A stretch of DNA of 63,822 bases, filler included, from Psammoneis japonica (Eukaryota): the NCBI GenBank assembly GCA_008632985.1. It is 4 parts of 4 records of this genome, joined end to end, with 100 filler letters (N's around TTAATTAATTAA, not from the genome) between each part and the next. Parts side by side here need not be neighbours in the genome. Positions count along the whole stretch, not along the records: positions 60,286 to 63,822 come from QPGO01000575.1; 3 more parts are not named here. One strand, 5' to 3'. The notes under the pieces are model-generated. The model saw nothing but the letters and a program-made list of their open reading frames with translations, made no database searches and had not been told where the DNA came from. A program made the position numbers and the translations under genes. How positions within the stretch are numbered: position 1 is the stretch's first letter; every line of letters begins with the position of its first letter. Below, piece after piece: positions 60,286-63,822 of this stretch.

Positions 60286-63101
60286 CAAGCTCAAGTTGGT
60301 GCTCACAAGAGAAATGTGCTTCAACAAAAGCACCATTGAGGCACAAAGTGTTGAAGAGTCAAAACCAGCTCTCCACTTGCCATCACCTGGAAGTCCAAAG
60401 AAGCTCAACTTTTTGGTGTTCACAAATGACTTTGCTGCAGCTGTTTGTGCCTGACCACTGCTTTGTTGACAACCTGTGCATGCAACCACATGTCTGCTGC
60501 TTTGCCAATGGGCTTGTCAGAAAACAGATGGTGCCCTCTTGGTGTGAGCCAATGACAAAAAAATTAGACATGACAGCAAGAGCTCTCTTTTTGCACAGGC
60601 ATGATGAGTGCTGCTTTTGCATGTGCTCAACATTGCAAGGAAGCAGCAAGAGCAAAGAGCACAGTCACAAGCTGCATGAGTTGGTTGATGCATGCAGCCA
60701 GAGTGGGTCAAGAAAAGAATGTGGACCAATTGAGTGGTGCAACCAGAGCCAGCATCATCATTTCCCCCCAAGAACAACACTTGTCACCAGGTCTTGTCAG
60801 TTTTTGCCAGTGCATGAGATTGAATGACTCTGGTGCACCAAACAGGCAAATGTGACTGTGGAAATCTGCACCCACCTGGTGCACAAAACTGATCAAGCTG
60901 AAAATGCTTGTTCTTTTCCCACTTGTCTTTCAGCTTTGCAGGCTGCAAAGTTTCAAGCCAGTGAGAGTGCTGAAGGCATTGATTTGGGAGCCACAGCTTT
61001 CCACATGGTGGCATTGAAGCAGCACTTAAAATGTTCACATCAGGGGTGGTGTCTTCCAAAAAAAGATCTTTGGGGTGAGTTGAGACTGCAGCTGTTGGCT
61101 GCAGTGCTTCAACAGTGCAGACCTCTGGGGCATGCCAGTTGTCAGCATGTGGACCAGGTTCAAAGATGGGCCATTGTGCTCTTCACAGCAGCACATTGGA
61201 GGTGAGGCTTGTGTCCAAGGACAAAGCAGCCGGGTTGAACAAAGGACTGGCAGTGCTGGCACAGCAGCACAAGAACACCCAAGCACTGTCTGCACAAGGT
61301 GTTTTAAGGCCAGGAGAGGAGGCATGGCAGAGGCACCACTCTGCTGGCAGCAGCAGCAGCATTCTTCACAGCAGATGCAGCCAACAGCATCATTGCTCAC
61401 AAGGATTTTTTGCTCTCCTCAGTTAGAGATTTGTGTGCAGGAGAGTTGTCAAGATGGGTTTGAGGCACACCAAAAAAATGACTTGCCCCAGTTGAAAAGG
61501 GCAAAGCTTTCTGTGTGTCATGCAGAAAATGTGATGTGAGTGTTGACACAAGCTGGGCGGCATCATGACCTTGGTTTTGGCTTGCATGTGTCCATGCCTG
61601 CCCTGCAGGTGGAACATGCATGGGGTTCAGCACTGATTTTTCTTTGAAAGGGCATCAACTTTTGCTGGCACAAAACTCACATTTCCAGCACACAAACATG
61701 CACACTTGTCTTCAAGCATTTTGTTCTCACACTTTGTTGGAAATGTCTCCTGGTGCAAATGCCAAGAATGTGCCAAAAGCTCAAAAAAGTGAGGAACAGC
61801 ACCACCATGAAGTGCATTTTCATGGTGCTGGTTGAAAAGATCTTTGTTGTTGCAATGGCTCAAATGACAGAGTTGTTGCACAACACATTTCAAACAAATT
61901 GAGTGCAGGAAAGCAATGACCACTGGCAAAACAGAGTCATGGCTGCTGGCAAAATGGATGTCAGCACTGGCCTGCCAGCAGCTTTCTAGTTTCTGTGTGT
62001 GCAGCTGGCACAAACAGCCAGCAGCAGCCACACATGCTGTGTGCACCACCAGCCAAGCTCTGCCAGTGGCTTCCACTGTGTGACACCACACCAAGTTTAG
62101 GTGCTCTGCCTTGAGTTCATTGGGGTTGTCCTCCCTGACCAGATTGCTTGGCCAAATGGCACAAGAACCTCCTGTCAATGAGAGGCCTGCAGTTGGCATG
62201 CTCCACTGCAGCTGCAATGTGATGAGAGGTGGGTGACCAACAGGCTCTCAATGATCATGTGGTTGCCTGTTGCAGCCAATTGCCTTTGTTGCATCATTGT
62301 TGTTCTGTTGGCTCAGGCTGCTGTTGTCAAAATGCAGCAACTCACACCATTTGCTTGCGAAAACACCAATGTTGCAATGAGAGGACCCCCCCGAGTGCCC
62401 ACAGTGGCATGAGAAATCTGGTGCCAACCAGACAGCTCAGAGCAAAATAAAAGAGGTACAAACAAAGGGAGAAAGTCCTGCTGTTGAACTGTGATTTGCA
62501 TCAGAAGTCATTGCATGAATCAGAAGAGTTAAGAAGCACACAAATGAAGATTCAAAATGTGACGCTCTCGGACTGTCGGACACGTTACAAACGACAAAAC
62601 GGGCGTAATTCGTGTCGACTCTGAATGCATGAGCAGGTTCCACTCTACTCTAGAGAGCGCACCTCTAGAGCTAGCTAGCTTCGAGATACGGTGCAGTAGA
62701 GTAGAGACGTTCCTTCTATGAACGAGACGCACTTTTACCTCCTGGACTAAGATATAATGTATGCCAGAATCGATGTAAGCTACTCTCCAAGAGAGCGATA
62801 AGAGGCACGCTCGTTGAACAGATGCGCGGGGTACAATTTAGATAGAGATTTGCAGCCAATCCAACGTAGCTTTGGCAGAGTCGAAAATTTCAGTGTCGTA
62901 GGCCCTTGGCATAGGGCCCTAACAAAGTGCCGAATAAATCCAAAATTTCAGGTGTGGTAGCCTTCTACTCTAGTAGTAGTACATTTCCCGCAGCGACTCT
63001 CGGCAGCCTTCGCCACATTGGGTCGAGTTTTCGAGTGAAAGCACCATAAACAAAGAGAGTTTCTGCCTTTGAGGCATTCATTCGTTGTCTCCTGGCACAC
63101 A

Positions 63102-63822
63102 ATGGTGAAGCCACGAAAGTTCATTCTTCCTCAGTGCCAGGACAAAGAGCAACGGGAAATAGCGGAGAATCTGTTGGAATGGGGTATCGATGAGTTCAAC
63201 GGAGACCGAGACCATCGGGATTTTGGAGCTCTCTATCGCTCATTGATACGAAAGGCTCAAGCAGGATTGGTAGACGAGATGTTGCACGATCCTCAGATGC
63301 TTCCAGCGGATGCGTTAGAGGCGGTAAGGATTGTACTTCGAAGCACAATCCAAGAGAGCACTCGGCACCGCGTACTCGATGATTCTATCTCTGGTGAGAG
63401 CTGGGCTCCATATAACGTCTATCCTTCACGCTTTGCGGACGAAAAGGACGTTGTCTTTGTGAAGCAACGTTGGGAGTTCGACAGGCTCTCCCGGTTGGAT
63501 CTTGATCCGTTGAATCGATTCACAATGGAACAAACAACGAAGCGAGAGTACTTCTTCTCTTGGGCGATGGCTCCAGAGGACAATTCTATCAAAGGTCTTG
63601 TCTTTGAGGCACTCCTTGCGTCCCATGCGATTCACAATGTGGCGTGCTTTCACTGCTACGGACGCAAGTGCTTTCGTTGGAACGGAGGCCACAAAGTTTC
63701 TTGGGCCGATCTAGTTTGTATCCATTGCGATAGTACTTACGAGATCAAATCCAAGCACGACATGGAATCCATTGAAAGATCCAATGAGTACAAACTCAGA
63801 GGCGGTGATTTCAAGAATTATT
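63102..63822 (+). CDS. Intact ORF (at least 240 aa, runs off the window) with a DpnI/Dam-replacing-protein-like zinc-binding PD-(D/E)XK nuclease motif
   Basis: My translation MVKPRKFILP... has no stop to the window end and normal Tyr, TA and CG content. It contains GLVFE-x12-CFHC-x16-ADLVCIHCDSTYEIKSK-x15-GGDF. It is absent from the ORF track because it has no stop codon in the window. Confidence 0.7.
   Translation, partial: MVKPRKFILPQCQDKEQREIAENLLEWGIDEFNGDRDHRDFGALYRSLIRKAQAGLVDEMLHDPQMLPADALEAVRIVLRSTIQESTRHRVLDDSISGESWAPYNVYPSRFADEKDVVFVKQRWEFDRLSRLDLDPLNRFTMEQTTKREYFFSWAMAPEDNSIKGLVFEALLASHAIHNVACFHCYGRKCFRWNGGHKVSWADLVCIHCDSTYEIKSKHDMESIERSNEYKLRGGDFKNY

Noticed and set aside
1..62450. 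Hundreds of overlapping Cys/His-rich ORFs in all six frames
   Set aside because: Loss of TA removes TAA/TAG stops and turns Tyr codons into Cys/His, inflating spurious ORFs. Only frames with recognisable motifs were kept.
1..62450. Classical RIP or CpG deamination as the sole cause of the TG/CA excess
   Set aside because: C->T processes cannot remove TA or turn Tyr codons into Cys/His, and CG-rich elements here also lack TA.
63426..63692. 88-aa minus-strand ORF
   Set aside because: Antisense shadow of the longer motif-bearing + strand ORF.
63102..63822. DpnI-like gene as the cause of the hypermutation
   Set aside because: Proximity in a eukaryote is not evidence of function, and DpnI's GATC target does not match TpA.

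Overview
Eukaryotic DNA, most likely a diatom (inferred from diatom-type Ty1/copia, Ngaro and hAT proteins and short spliceosomal introns). It is four unrelated contigs (1-20062, 20163-40169, 40270-60185, 60286-63822) joined by artificial 100-nt N-TTAATTAATTAA-N linkers. About 62.5 kb is nested, decayed repeat DNA: a Ngaro tyrosine-recombinase retrotransposon carrying an hAT transposon and two MITEs, a Sola2-like transposase relic, Copia pol fragments, a 4-bp-TSD MITE family, 23-bp and 8-bp satellites, and kb-scale inverted and tandem duplications. The dominant signal is a near-complete loss of the TpA dinucleotide across this repeat DNA. TA has become TG or CA: Tyr codons read Cys/His, TTAGGG-like repeats read TTGGGG/TCAGGG, and paired LTRs show TA, TG and CA at one aligned site. 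Composition returns to normal at about 62.45-62.65 kb. This looks like a region-targeted A:T->G:C hypermutation process, opposite in direction to fungal RIP and decoupled from CpG decay. Two other candidates stand out: a ~440-bp miniature LTR element (TRIM) with tRNA-type A/B boxes, and an intact DpnI-like PD-(D/E)XK nuclease ORF in the unmutated end of the window. All family assignments are by-eye motif recognition; no searches were run.
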